A stretch of DNA of 64,000 nucleotides from assembly GCA_038874135.1 (NCBI GenBank), contig JAVZCZ010000001.1, forward strand, positions 608,001 through 672,000, written 5' to 3'. Shown one piece after another: positions 46,316 through 55,592 of the stretch. A model generated the notes under the pieces. It saw only the letters and a program-made list of their open reading frames with translations. It was not told where the DNA came from and did not search any database. Positions within the stretch are counted from its first letter, which is position 1; every line of letters begins with the position of its first letter. The position numbers and the translations under genes are program-made. Source of the stretch: Candidatus Woesearchaeota archaeon. Lineage in GTDB: Archaea; Nanobdellota; Nanobdellia; Woesearchaeales; 0-14-0-80-44-23.

Positions 46316-47344
46316 TCATTCAAGAACGCCTTCCCGTTTTTTTATCTCTTTTATTAACTCTTCTCTTTTGAAGTCTTCTCCCAGTTTCTTTCTTATCTCA
46401 AATTCAACTCTATAAGCATTGTAGTTTTTCATGATCTTATCTACATAATTTATGATTTCTTTTGCCTTATCCTTCGGGTATGAATAATATTCTGAACAGG
46501 CTTTTTCTATGTATGGAACTAAGTCTTTCCACTCTTGCTCCCAGTATGCCTTGCCATTATCTCTAGATGCCATTTTTACAGCGTCTCTAACTACGCTTTG
46601 ACCACCGTTGTATGCAGCGAGTACCAGCTTTAAGTGTTCCCATCTTAGTTTGTAGTATCTTGCTGAATCTCTTTCTTTAAGCCATTCGGGCGGCTCGCAG
46701 AATTTAAGGTAGCTCTCCTTCTCATTAAGTATTTTTATTCCAGCCCTTATATTTGAATATGGGTCAAATCTGTTCTTCCAATCTTCTGCACTGACGCTGT
46801 TACGCATTATCTGCATCAGGCCTGAAGCTCCGCATTCAGATATACACCTTTCATTCCAAGTGCTTTCTGATTCTATTATTGCAGCTATGAGGGCAATGTC
46901 TTTCATTTTAGAGAATTCGTTTAGGATGTTCCAATATTTTTCAGGCATGTTTATTCTCTGGTAATTTTTTATGTAGTATGCCATTTCAGCTTCTGGAATT
47001 TTAGAAAGCACTTCTTCAAGAGATTTGTTGTTAGCTCTTGTCTCTTTCAGCTGCATTCTCTGAGCAGTAGCTTCCAAACCTTTCAGCTCCACACCGCAAA
47101 TTCCAGGAGTTTTGCCAATGTTAATCTGGACTACATTTGATGTTTCATAATTTTGTGTTTTATAGCAATCATACTTCTTGTCTTTTGAAATTCCCTTCGC
47201 AATACCCAGAGCCAGCAGTCCAACTCCGATAATTCCTGCTGCTGCTTTAATCAAGTTTTTCTTTCTTTTCCTTTTTTCTTCATAATCCAATCTGCCGGCA
47301 TCAGGGTTATTATACATGAATCGGAGCATCGGGTCTTTTTCCAT
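46316..47344 (-). CDS. Membrane-anchored lytic transglycosylase (SLT domain)
   Basis: LIAAIIESESTWN, S..GASGLMQIM, FDPYSNIRAG, LAAYNGG, E..NYVDKIM; N-terminal signal anchor. Confidence 0.92.
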   Translation of the reverse strand: MEKDPMLRFMYNNPDAGRLDYEEKRKRKKNLIKAAAGIIGVGLLALGIAKGISKDKKYDCYKTQNYETSNVVQINIGKTPGICGVELKGLEATAQRMQLKETRANNKSLEEVLSKIPEAEMAYYIKNYQRINMPEKYWNILNEFSKMKDIALIAAIIESESTWNERCISECGASGLMQIMRNSVSAEDWKNRFDPYSNIRAGIKILNEKESYLKFCEPPEWLKERDSARYYKLRWEHLKLVLAAYNGGQSVVRDAVKMASRDNGKAYWEQEWKDLVPYIEKACSEYYSYPKDKAKEIINYVDKIMKNYNAYRVEFEIRKKLGEDFKREELIKEIKKREGVLE

Positions 47345-47369
47345 ATTTGTTACTAAGTAGTAGTGATAT

Positions 47370-48044
47370 TTAAATCTTTTGTTTTTTCGCGTTATCAAAT
47401 AGTATTTTCATAATAAGAAACAATATGACTTCTTCAATTGCTGTTGCTATCAAAACAAAAAACAGCCCATCCATAAAGAACCTTTCTGGAAAAAAAATTA
47501 GGATTCTGCTCCCTAAAGGAAACTGCCAGTTTCCCATTTTAAAAAATATTGCATGAAAACCAATGAAAGCTGCTGAGAAAACATTCCTAAAACAAACTGA
47601 AAATCCTAAGATAATCACTAGAAAGAAAGTGGCAAAAATCATTTTTCTAAGACATACAAAAAAATTATCCAGCATAGCTGTACTTACTGCTAACATCATA
47701 AGTAAGCCTGCCAAACAGACAATATAAACCTTAAACCCGAATTTAAACAAATTCTTAACATCATTCAGATGAGACGCTTCTTCTACACTAAAAATCCCCT
47801 CGCTGAGGGAAGCCCTTCCAACTAAAAAATCTGGGAATGTGTTAATGAATGATTCTGCGTCTTCCCTTGCAATTCCTACCTGTTCCAGCTCGCCATAAAT
47901 ATTTAGACGGTAGAACTCAAGCCTATACCATGTCTCACTGAAGGCAAGTGCGAAAGTGTTTGAAAGCATTAGAATAAATAGCAGGATTAAAGCCGCTAAG
48001 AAAGAAGATATCCAGCATAGTGCAACCTTGCTAATCTTTACCAT
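47370..48044 (-). CDS. DUF1461/Lit-like integral membrane protein (lipoprotein intramolecular transacylase family)
   Basis: Four TM; E.SHL.DVK.LF and F..FH.IFF...NW.F....L..FPE.FF motifs with both His residues. Confidence 0.75.
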   Translation of the reverse strand: MVKISKVALCWISSFLAALILLFILMLSNTFALAFSETWYRLEFYRLNIYGELEQVGIAREDAESFINTFPDFLVGRASLSEGIFSVEEASHLNDVKNLFKFGFKVYIVCLAGLLMMLAVSTAMLDNFFVCLRKMIFATFFLVIILGFSVCFRNVFSAAFIGFHAIFFKMGNWQFPLGSRILIFFPERFFMDGLFFVLIATAIEEVILFLIMKILFDNAKKQKI

Positions 48045-48098
48045 AATATGCGTATTATCCAGCAAATTATTAAAACCTGTGCTTATTCTTTATGAAAA

Positions 48099-49190
48099 AT
48101 GTTTCGGAGAATGGTTCAGGCAATCATAGATTCTTCCTTTTTAGATGATACTTCAGCAGAGGAAATCCCTCTAGTCTCTCAAGGGTCCGCCGGAGTTCCA
48201 CTAACAAGAGAAAACTTTCACCCTCTAACCATATTTAAAAAGGAACTTCCGGAAATGGCTTTCTGCGATGGGGGAAACTGCGAGATTCTCTCAGCACCCA
48301 ATGCATCCATACAGCTAATCCGAGGCTACTTCTCAATTTTCAGAAGCAATCAGAAGGTTTTCTCGCACACAGAGCAGTTTTATCTCCTGGTAAAAGCTCA
48401 AGGCTCTGATGGGAAAATCAATTATAAATGCAGATTCTTCTCAGAGATGGGTTCTGAACTTTCGGAAGAGGAGATTTGCGCTCTTTTCAATATCCCTCAG
48501 GAAGAAAGGGAAGAATTTTTTTCTTCAACAAATAACTTTATATTTGATCCATTTGACCGGAACCTCACAACTTCCAGAGAAAGGGCTACCCCTTCAAAGA
48601 TTGCAGAGGTTATAAGAAGGCTGTTTGAACTTGCCATAGCAGAAAGAGCTGCTCACAAGCTTGAGTGTGGAATACTAATCTTAGACGGCTCATTGCAAGA
48701 GAGCCATCCCAGTGAGAATTATCTTATGCAACGACTTTTCAGCAAATGTAAATTTAGAAGAATTGTGCTTGGCGGCATGTCAAAAACTTCTAATCTGCTT
48801 ACAAACTCTGGCAAACCACTTCTGCCACTCCTTTCTTCAATATCACCGTTTTCAGAGTGGTATTACTTCCCAATCGTCAAAGAGCAGGATGACTCACTGG
48901 TCAGACAGTATGTTGTAAAACTTAATTCCTCTTCACCCTACTCTTTCAGGATTGAAATTGCGAGCTCACCCATTAATGCTGAAGAGGTTTTCTGGGCCCT
49001 TCAAAAGAACGCTACAGATTATGCCTTTCCCGGATATCCCTATGGTCTTATTGATGCTGACAAGTTTGCGCAGGTTTCAAATGATGAGAAAAAAATTCTT
49101 GTGGCTGCACTTCTTTCAGAATCTGGCTCTTCCAAACTTCAGCTGCTAGGTGCATCTCTGGACGCGCATAAAATTCTGAATACCCTTTAA
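48099..49190 (+). CDS. nurA: NurA-family nuclease
   Basis: FCDGG, ILDGSL, GMSKTS, GYPYGLIDAD. Confidence 0.85.
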   Translation: MFRRMVQAIIDSSFLDDTSAEEIPLVSQGSAGVPLTRENFHPLTIFKKELPEMAFCDGGNCEILSAPNASIQLIRGYFSIFRSNQKVFSHTEQFYLLVKAQGSDGKINYKCRFFSEMGSELSEEEICALFNIPQEEREEFFSSTNNFIFDPFDRNLTTSRERATPSKIAEVIRRLFELAIAERAAHKLECGILILDGSLQESHPSENYLMQRLFSKCKFRRIVLGGMSKTSNLLTNSGKPLLPLLSSISPFSEWYYFPIVKEQDDSLVRQYVVKLNSSSPYSFRIEIASSPINAEEVFWALQKNATDYAFPGYPYGLIDADKFAQVSNDEKKILVAALLSESGSSKLQLLGASLDAHKILNTL

Positions 49191-49273
49191 AATATCACGC
49201 TTTTATAGTAATAACAAATCTTTTTAATATTCCCGCCAAATATTCAGAGTGCCAGGGAAAAAGAGGTGTTATA

Positions 49274-51700
49274 ATGGAAAAAAAGGACAGATTTATTCTT
49301 TGGTTTGACGAGATAGGCATAGAAGATATCTCGCTAGTAGGAGGAAAAAACGCATCTCTGGGTGAAATGTATCGCTTTTTAAAAGACAAAGTGTCCATCC
49401 CGAATGGCTTTGCAATAACAGCCACAGCGTACAACTTCTTTCTTGAAAGAACTAAACTCAAGGATAGGATAAGAGAAGAACTTAAAGGACTAAACACTAG
49501 AAATATAAGAAACCTGGAAGAAAAAGGACACAAAATCCGTTCTATGATACGAAATGCTGAAATTCCATATGAGCTTAGAACAGAAATTCTTGCAGCATAC
49601 CAAAAGCTCTGCGAGCAGTACGGTCCCAACACAGATGTTGCAGTGCGAAGCAGCGCCACTGCAGAAGACCTTCCAGACGCAAGCTTTGCCGGACAGCAGG
49701 AATCCTACCTGAACATAAGAGGACCTGAAGAACTAATTAAAGCATGCCTGATGTGTTTCTCCTCACTTTTCACAAACCGAGCAATCTCATACAGGGCAGA
49801 TAAGAAGTTTGACCAATTCGGAGTTTCTCTGAGCATAGTTGTCCAGAAGATGGTACGCTCAGACAAGGCGTGCTCTGGCGTCATGTTCACTGTAGACACG
49901 GAGTCGGGCTTCAAAGATGCAATAGTAATAAACGCCAGCTACGGCCTGGGCGAAAACATTGTCAAGGGCTTAGTAAATCCAGACCAGTTCATAGTATTTA
50001 AACCAACACTTAAACAAGGCTTTAAACCAATAATATCCAAGCGTATCGGCTCAAAGGAGATGAAGCTGATATACTCCTCAGAAGGGAATGCTAACACGCG
50101 AAATGTGCATGTTCCCATAGAGGATAGAGAGAGATTCTGTATTTCTGACGAGGAGGTTCTTCAGCTGGCAAGGGCAGGATGCGCAATAGAAGACTACTAC
50201 ACTGCAAAGAAGGGAAGGTTCACGCCCATGGATATAGAATGGGCTAAAGACGGAGTTTCAGGAAAGCTATTTATAGTGCAGGCGAGGCCAGAAACAGTAG
50301 TTTCAAGAAGAGACCCGAACATAGTTAAGAAATATGTGTTAAAAAAGAAGGGTAAGTTAATAATTGAAGGCACAAGCGTAGGCGACAAGATCGGGAGCGG
50401 CGTTGCAAATGTTATAAAGAGCGTTCACGAGATAAACAAGTTCAAGCCAGGGGAGGTTCTCGTTACAGAAATGACCGATCCAGATTGGGAGCCGATAATG
50501 AAGATTGCTTCAGCAATAGTTACCAACAAGGGCGGAAGGACTTGTCACGCTGCAATTGTTTCAAGAGAGCTAGGAATTCCCTGCGTGGTAGGAACAATTG
50601 AAGCAACAAAGAGGATAAAATCCGGTCAGAAGGTAACAGTGAGCTGTGCAGAGGGAGATGTCGGCAAGGTGTATGAAGGTATTTTAAAATATGAGGAGCA
50701 GGAAATCAACCTGAAAGAGATTCCGAGGCCAAAGACTAAGATAATGATGAATGTTGGCGATCCTGAGGAAGCGTTTAAACTCTCATTCATTCCCAATGAC
50801 GGCGTCGGCTTAGCAAGGGAGGAATTTATAATAACATCTTACATAAAAGCCCATCCAAAAGCACTACTTAAGTTTAAGTATCTGAAAGACAAGGATGCCA
50901 AAGAAAAGATTGCAGAGCTTACAAAAGGCTATGATGACAAGGCAATGTTCTTTGTGGACATGCTAGCTCAGGGCATAGGCACCATAGCTGCGGCATTCTA
51001 CCCCAAGGATGTTATTGTTCGCCTAAGCGATTTTAAAAGCAATGAGTACTCTGGACTTATTGGAGGAGAAGAGTTTGAGCCTAAGGAGGACAATCCAATG
51101 ATAGGATGGAGGGGAGCTTCTAGGTATTATGATGAGAATTACAAGGATGCCTTCGCATTGGAGTGTAAGGCGTTTTTGAAGGTTAGAAATGAGTATGGCT
51201 TGAAGAATGTTAAGATAATGATTCCCTTCTGTAGGACTGTTGAAGAGGGGATTAAGGTGTTGGCAGAGATGAAGAAGAATGGTCTTGAAAGGGGAAAAGA
51301 CGGTTTGGAAGTTTATGTGATGTGCGAGATTCCTTCAAATGTTATTCTGGCTGACGAGTTCTGTAAGATATTTGATGGCTTCAGCATTGGGAGTAACGAC
51401 TTGACACAACTAACCCTTGGCGTGGATAGGGATTCTGAACTGGTAAGCAAAGTGTATGATGAGAATAATCCCGCAGTAAAAAGACTAATTGAGTCAGTAA
51501 TAAAAACAGCCAAGCAGTTTAACAGGAAGGTTGGAATATGCGGGCAGGCACCTTCTGATTTTCCGGAATTTGCAGAGTTCCTTGTGGATTGCGGCATAGA
51601 TTCAATATCACTAAATCCGGATACAGTTATAAAAACAACGTTTAGGATTTATGAGAAGGAAAGCAAATCTTCACAGCTGTTGCCTTCACCACATTTTTAA
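49274..51700 (+). CDS. ppsA: Phosphoenolpyruvate synthase (pyruvate, water dikinase)
   Basis: VGGKNASLGE, RSSATAED, GGRTCHAAIVSRE, SIGSNDLTQ, GICGQAPS. Confidence 0.97.
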   Translation: MEKKDRFILWFDEIGIEDISLVGGKNASLGEMYRFLKDKVSIPNGFAITATAYNFFLERTKLKDRIREELKGLNTRNIRNLEEKGHKIRSMIRNAEIPYELRTEILAAYQKLCEQYGPNTDVAVRSSATAEDLPDASFAGQQESYLNIRGPEELIKACLMCFSSLFTNRAISYRADKKFDQFGVSLSIVVQKMVRSDKACSGVMFTVDTESGFKDAIVINASYGLGENIVKGLVNPDQFIVFKPTLKQGFKPIISKRIGSKEMKLIYSSEGNANTRNVHVPIEDRERFCISDEEVLQLARAGCAIEDYYTAKKGRFTPMDIEWAKDGVSGKLFIVQARPETVVSRRDPNIVKKYVLKKKGKLIIEGTSVGDKIGSGVANVIKSVHEINKFKPGEVLVTEMTDPDWEPIMKIASAIVTNKGGRTCHAAIVSRELGIPCVVGTIEATKRIKSGQKVTVSCAEGDVGKVYEGILKYEEQEINLKEIPRPKTKIMMNVGDPEEAFKLSFIPNDGVGLAREEFIITSYIKAHPKALLKFKYLKDKDAKEKIAELTKGYDDKAMFFVDMLAQGIGTIAAAFYPKDVIVRLSDFKSNEYSGLIGGEEFEPKEDNPMIGWRGASRYYDENYKDAFALECKAFLKVRNEYGLKNVKIMIPFCRTVEEGIKVLAEMKKNGLERGKDGLEVYVMCEIPSNVILADEFCKIFDGFSIGSNDLTQLTLGVDRDSELVSKVYDENNPAVKRLIESVIKTAKQFNRKVGICGQAPSDFPEFAEFLVDCGIDSISLNPDTVIKTTFRIYEKESKSSQLLPSPHF

Positions 51701-51712
51701 ATTTTTTTAACT

Positions 51713-52783
51713 TTAGAATTCTGTAAGCTTGGCATCTGAAGAGTCTTTTACTATAGTTGTTTTTCCTTCCTTGCCACCACTTATTTTCTCAAGGTTCACA
51801 AACTTTCCCTGCTCTAATCTATCTATTCTTCTTTGAAAAGTCTTGTAAGTGTATCTTCCACCCCTCTCAACATATTCCTTATATAATTCTCCTATCTTCT
51901 TTCCCGAATTTTCTCTAACGATTTCTAGTATTAGCTGTTCATCTTCTCCCAACTCCTTCTTGTCCTTAACATAAAACTCATCCAGCTTATTCACTGCACT
52001 CCTTACACTTTCAACCCCAATTTGCCTTTTTCCCTCGTCCTCAGCGCAGCTTCCCGCTTCCCTCATAAGATAAAGCCCAGCTCTTATGTCACCAGTTTCA
52101 TAAGTTTTTCTCACCACAACCTCAAAAGCATCCTGCTTCCAAACATCAGGGTAGAAGGCAATATCTCTTCTTTGCTTAAGTATCTCACGCACTTCCTCCA
52201 GCGAATACTTTCTGAACTCTAAAACCTCAGGAATCAAACGGGAGCGTATTCGCGAGTCCAACACTGCTAAATAATCCTTATCATTAGTTATTAGGATGAC
52301 GCTCTTTCTATAAACTTCTTCCAGTATGGAATAGAGAAAGTCGTCATCCTCAGCCTTATCTGCCTCGTCAAAAACAAAAACAGCTGAATGCTTGTTTATT
52401 ATATCTCTAACTATATTGAAAAGCTCCTCAGTTTTCTTGTTCTGTGTGAACTTGTATCCAAGATCCTCACATATCTTGAGAATCACCTTATAAGAAGTAT
52501 TGTGCTTCCAGCAGTTAATATACAAAGGATAAATGTCTTCAGTAGTCTCTTCAATCTCGTTAAGAACATGTTTACACGCAGCCGTCTTTCCAACTCCGGG
52601 ACTTCCAAATATGAACAGGTTACGGCCGTTCCTGCTTTGAAATAATGGTTTTATGCAGCTGGCAATCCGCGCCTGTTCGTTCTCCCTGAAAGGAATTATC
52701 TTTGGAAGGTAATCGTAGTCCAGAGCAACAGAGTCCCTGAAAAGGGTTTCCCCTCCCGAAAGCATGTCTTTAAAGATTCCCAT
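51713..52783 (-). CDS. cdc6: Orc1/Cdc6 replication initiator
   Basis: Y.PK.IPFRE, GSPGVGKT, YINC, FDEAD, GDIR, C-terminal wHTH. Confidence 0.9.
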   Translation of the reverse strand: MGIFKDMLSGGETLFRDSVALDYDYLPKIIPFRENEQARIASCIKPLFQSRNGRNLFIFGSPGVGKTAACKHVLNEIEETTEDIYPLYINCWKHNTSYKVILKICEDLGYKFTQNKKTEELFNIVRDIINKHSAVFVFDEADKAEDDDFLYSILEEVYRKSVILITNDKDYLAVLDSRIRSRLIPEVLEFRKYSLEEVREILKQRRDIAFYPDVWKQDAFEVVVRKTYETGDIRAGLYLMREAGSCAEDEGKRQIGVESVRSAVNKLDEFYVKDKKELGEDEQLILEIVRENSGKKIGELYKEYVERGGRYTYKTFQRRIDRLEQGKFVNLEKISGGKEGKTTIVKDSSDAKLTEF

Positions 52784-52922
52784 CCTTTCAATTATGAACA
52801 ATCAGCTGTTTATATATCTTTTTCTATAAAATTCGCAAATGTTTCTTTTAAGTCTGAGGCACACTTCATAAAAATTTATAAAGAGATGCCCCACTCTGAA
52901 GTGCGCTTAAGAGGTGCGAAAA

Positions 52923-55580
52923 ATGGCAAGTGATCAGTCTGAACAAAAACATGTATACTTCTTTGGTGAGACCAAATCCGATAAGAATCTTCTCGGAGGA
53001 AAGGGTGCTGGATTGAATGAGATGACTAAGATAGGAATCCCTGTGCCCCCTGGATTTGTGATTACAACCGAAGCGTGCAGGGAATTCTTTAAAAATGGTT
53101 CAGTCAGAGGTTTAGATCTTGAAGTTGAAGAAGCAATATTAAAGCTTGAAAGGATTACTGGCAAGAAATTTGGAAGCCCAAAAAATCCTCTATTAGTTTC
53201 AGTTCGCTCGGGTGCCCCAGTCTCAATGCCCGGAATGATGGATACAATCTTAAATCTCGGAATGAACGAAGACACTGCTGCGGGGCTGACAGAACTTTCA
53301 GGGGATAGCCGATTTGCATATGACTGTTACAGAAGATTTATTCAGATGTTTGGAAATGTTGTTCTCGGAATAAAACATGAGGAATTTGAAAAAATAATAG
53401 AAGAAGCGAAGAAACAACTGAACAAGAGACAGGACACAGAATTGACAGCTGAGGACTGGAAAGAAGTAATAAGAAAGTATAAGAAGCTAGTGCTAGAAAG
53501 GACTGGAAAGCAGTTCCCAGAAAATCCGCGCCAGCAGTTAAAACTTGCAATAGAAGCAGTTTTTAATTCTTGGAAAAATGAGCGGGCAATAACATACAGG
53601 AAGCTTAATAATATTCCCGACGAGATGGGCACTGCAGTGAATGTACAGGCAATGGTCTTCGGAAACCTGGGCGACGACAGCGCTACCGGCGTAGCATTCA
53701 CCAGAAATCCTTCCACGGGCCAGAATGAGTTTTATGGAGAGTTTCTCATAAACGCGCAGGGGGAGGATGTAGTTGCAGGTATAAGAACGCCTAAGCCAAT
53801 CTCCGAATTAAAAAAGGAGATGCCAGAAACCTATGAGCAGCTGCTTCAAGTTAGAAAAAAATTAGAATCTCACTATAAGGACATGCAGGACATAGAATTT
53901 ACAGTTGAAAGGGGAAAGCTGTTCCTGCTGCAAACAAGAAGTGGTAAAAGAAGTGCATATGCGGCAGTAAAAATCGCCCTGGACATGTTAGAAGAAGGTA
54001 TAATCTCAGAAGAAGAGGCACTACTCAGGATAGAGCCAGCTCACCTCAACAGCCTAATGCACAAGCGCATAGATCCAAATGCTAAGCTGAAAGTCATTGC
54101 AAAAGGACTCGGCGGAAGCCCCGGAGCTGCCTCAGGACTGGCAGTTTTCAGCGCAGATGAAGCTGAACTCTTAGGTAAGGAGGGCAAGAGCGTAATCCTT
54201 GTTAGGAGCGAAACATCTCCAGACGACATTCACGGAATGGCAGCAGCGCAGGGAATACTTACTGCAAGGGGCGGACTAACAAGTCACGCAGCAGTCGTAG
54301 CTAGAGGCATGGGAAAGTGCTGCGTGGTAGGATGTGAGGACATAGTGATTGATGAGAAATCCCAATCTTTTAAGACAAAATCCGGAATAATAGTTAAACA
54401 TCTTGATTCAATCACCATAAACGGCACTACAGGTGAAGTAATTCTTGGAGAAGTCAAACTTGTAGAGCCAGAGCTTGGTCCTGAATTTAGAAGGATATTA
54501 GAGATTGCTGATAGGCATAGGCGCTTAGGAGTCAAGGCGAATGCAGACATTCCCAGAGACGCAATCATTGCCAAAAAGTTTGGAGCAGAGGGCATAGGCC
54601 TATGTAGGACAGAGCACATGTTCTTTGCAGAGGAGCGCCTCCCAATAATGCAGGAGATGATACTTGCTGATAATGAGGTTGACAGGCGAAGGGCTCTTGA
54701 AAAGCTGCTGCCAATGCAGAGGGCTGACTTTTACGGATTGTTTAAAGAAATGGAAGGCTTTCCCGTAATAATTAGACTTTTGGACCCGCCCCTTCACGAA
54801 TTCCTTCCTAAGAGGGAAGAACTAATGGTGGAGTTGGCATTAGCGAAGGAGAGAAAGAATGATCCTGAAAAGATTGAAAAGTTGGAAAGATTGCTTAAGA
54901 GGGTTGAATCTCTCCACGAATTTAATCCAATGCTTGGCCACAGAGGCTGCCGATTAGGAATAGTTTATCCTGAAATAACTGAGATGCAGGCTAGAGCAAT
55001 CTTCCAGGCAGCATGCTCCCTTGCAAAGGAGGGGAAAAGCGTTATGCCAGAAGTAATGATTCCCATAGTTAGCGATGTTAAGGAGTTTGTAAATCAGAAG
55101 AAGATAGTTGATGCAGTTGCAGAGCAGGTGATAAAGGAGGAAGGAATCAAGATAAATTATAAAGTCGGCACAATGATAGAGCTTCCCCGGGCAGCTCTTC
55201 TGGCAGATGAGATAGCCGGTGCAGCTGAATTCTTTTCTTTCGGCACTAACGACTTGACACAGACAACATTTGGCTTCAGTAGGGATGACTCTGGAAAGTT
55301 TATAAGATACTACTTAGAGCATGGAATTCTAGAGAAGGATCCATTTGCAGTGCTGGATCGCAGGGGCGTGGGAAAGCTTGTGGAGATGGCAGTTCGGCTT
55401 GGAAAAGAAGCTAATAAGCAGCTGGAGGTTGGAATCTGCGGAGAGCACGGCGGCGACCCTGAAAGCATAGAATTCTGCCATAAGGCAGGGCTAGATTATG
55501 TTAGCTGCTCACCTTTCAGAGTTCCAATAGCCCGCCTTGCAGCAGCAAGGGCAGCTGTTTTGGAAAAAATCAAACAATAA
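52923..55580 (+). CDS. ppdK: Pyruvate, phosphate dikinase
   Basis: LLGGKGAGL, SVRSGA..SMPGMMDT, TSHAAVVARG, GLCRTEHMF, GICGEHGG. Confidence 0.97.
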   Translation: MASDQSEQKHVYFFGETKSDKNLLGGKGAGLNEMTKIGIPVPPGFVITTEACREFFKNGSVRGLDLEVEEAILKLERITGKKFGSPKNPLLVSVRSGAPVSMPGMMDTILNLGMNEDTAAGLTELSGDSRFAYDCYRRFIQMFGNVVLGIKHEEFEKIIEEAKKQLNKRQDTELTAEDWKEVIRKYKKLVLERTGKQFPENPRQQLKLAIEAVFNSWKNERAITYRKLNNIPDEMGTAVNVQAMVFGNLGDDSATGVAFTRNPSTGQNEFYGEFLINAQGEDVVAGIRTPKPISELKKEMPETYEQLLQVRKKLESHYKDMQDIEFTVERGKLFLLQTRSGKRSAYAAVKIALDMLEEGIISEEEALLRIEPAHLNSLMHKRIDPNAKLKVIAKGLGGSPGAASGLAVFSADEAELLGKEGKSVILVRSETSPDDIHGMAAAQGILTARGGLTSHAAVVARGMGKCCVVGCEDIVIDEKSQSFKTKSGIIVKHLDSITINGTTGEVILGEVKLVEPELGPEFRRILEIADRHRRLGVKANADIPRDAIIAKKFGAEGIGLCRTEHMFFAEERLPIMQEMILADNEVDRRRALEKLLPMQRADFYGLFKEMEGFPVIIRLLDPPLHEFLPKREELMVELALAKERKNDPEKIEKLERLLKRVESLHEFNPMLGHRGCRLGIVYPEITEMQARAIFQAACSLAKEGKSVMPEVMIPIVSDVKEFVNQKKIVDAVAEQVIKEEGIKINYKVGTMIELPRAALLADEIAGAAEFFSFGTNDLTQTTFGFSRDDSGKFIRYYLEHGILEKDPFAVLDRRGVGKLVEMAVRLGKEANKQLEVGICGEHGGDPESIEFCHKAGLDYVSCSPFRVPIARLAAARAAVLEKIKQ

Positions 55581-55592
55581 TCTTTTATCTTT

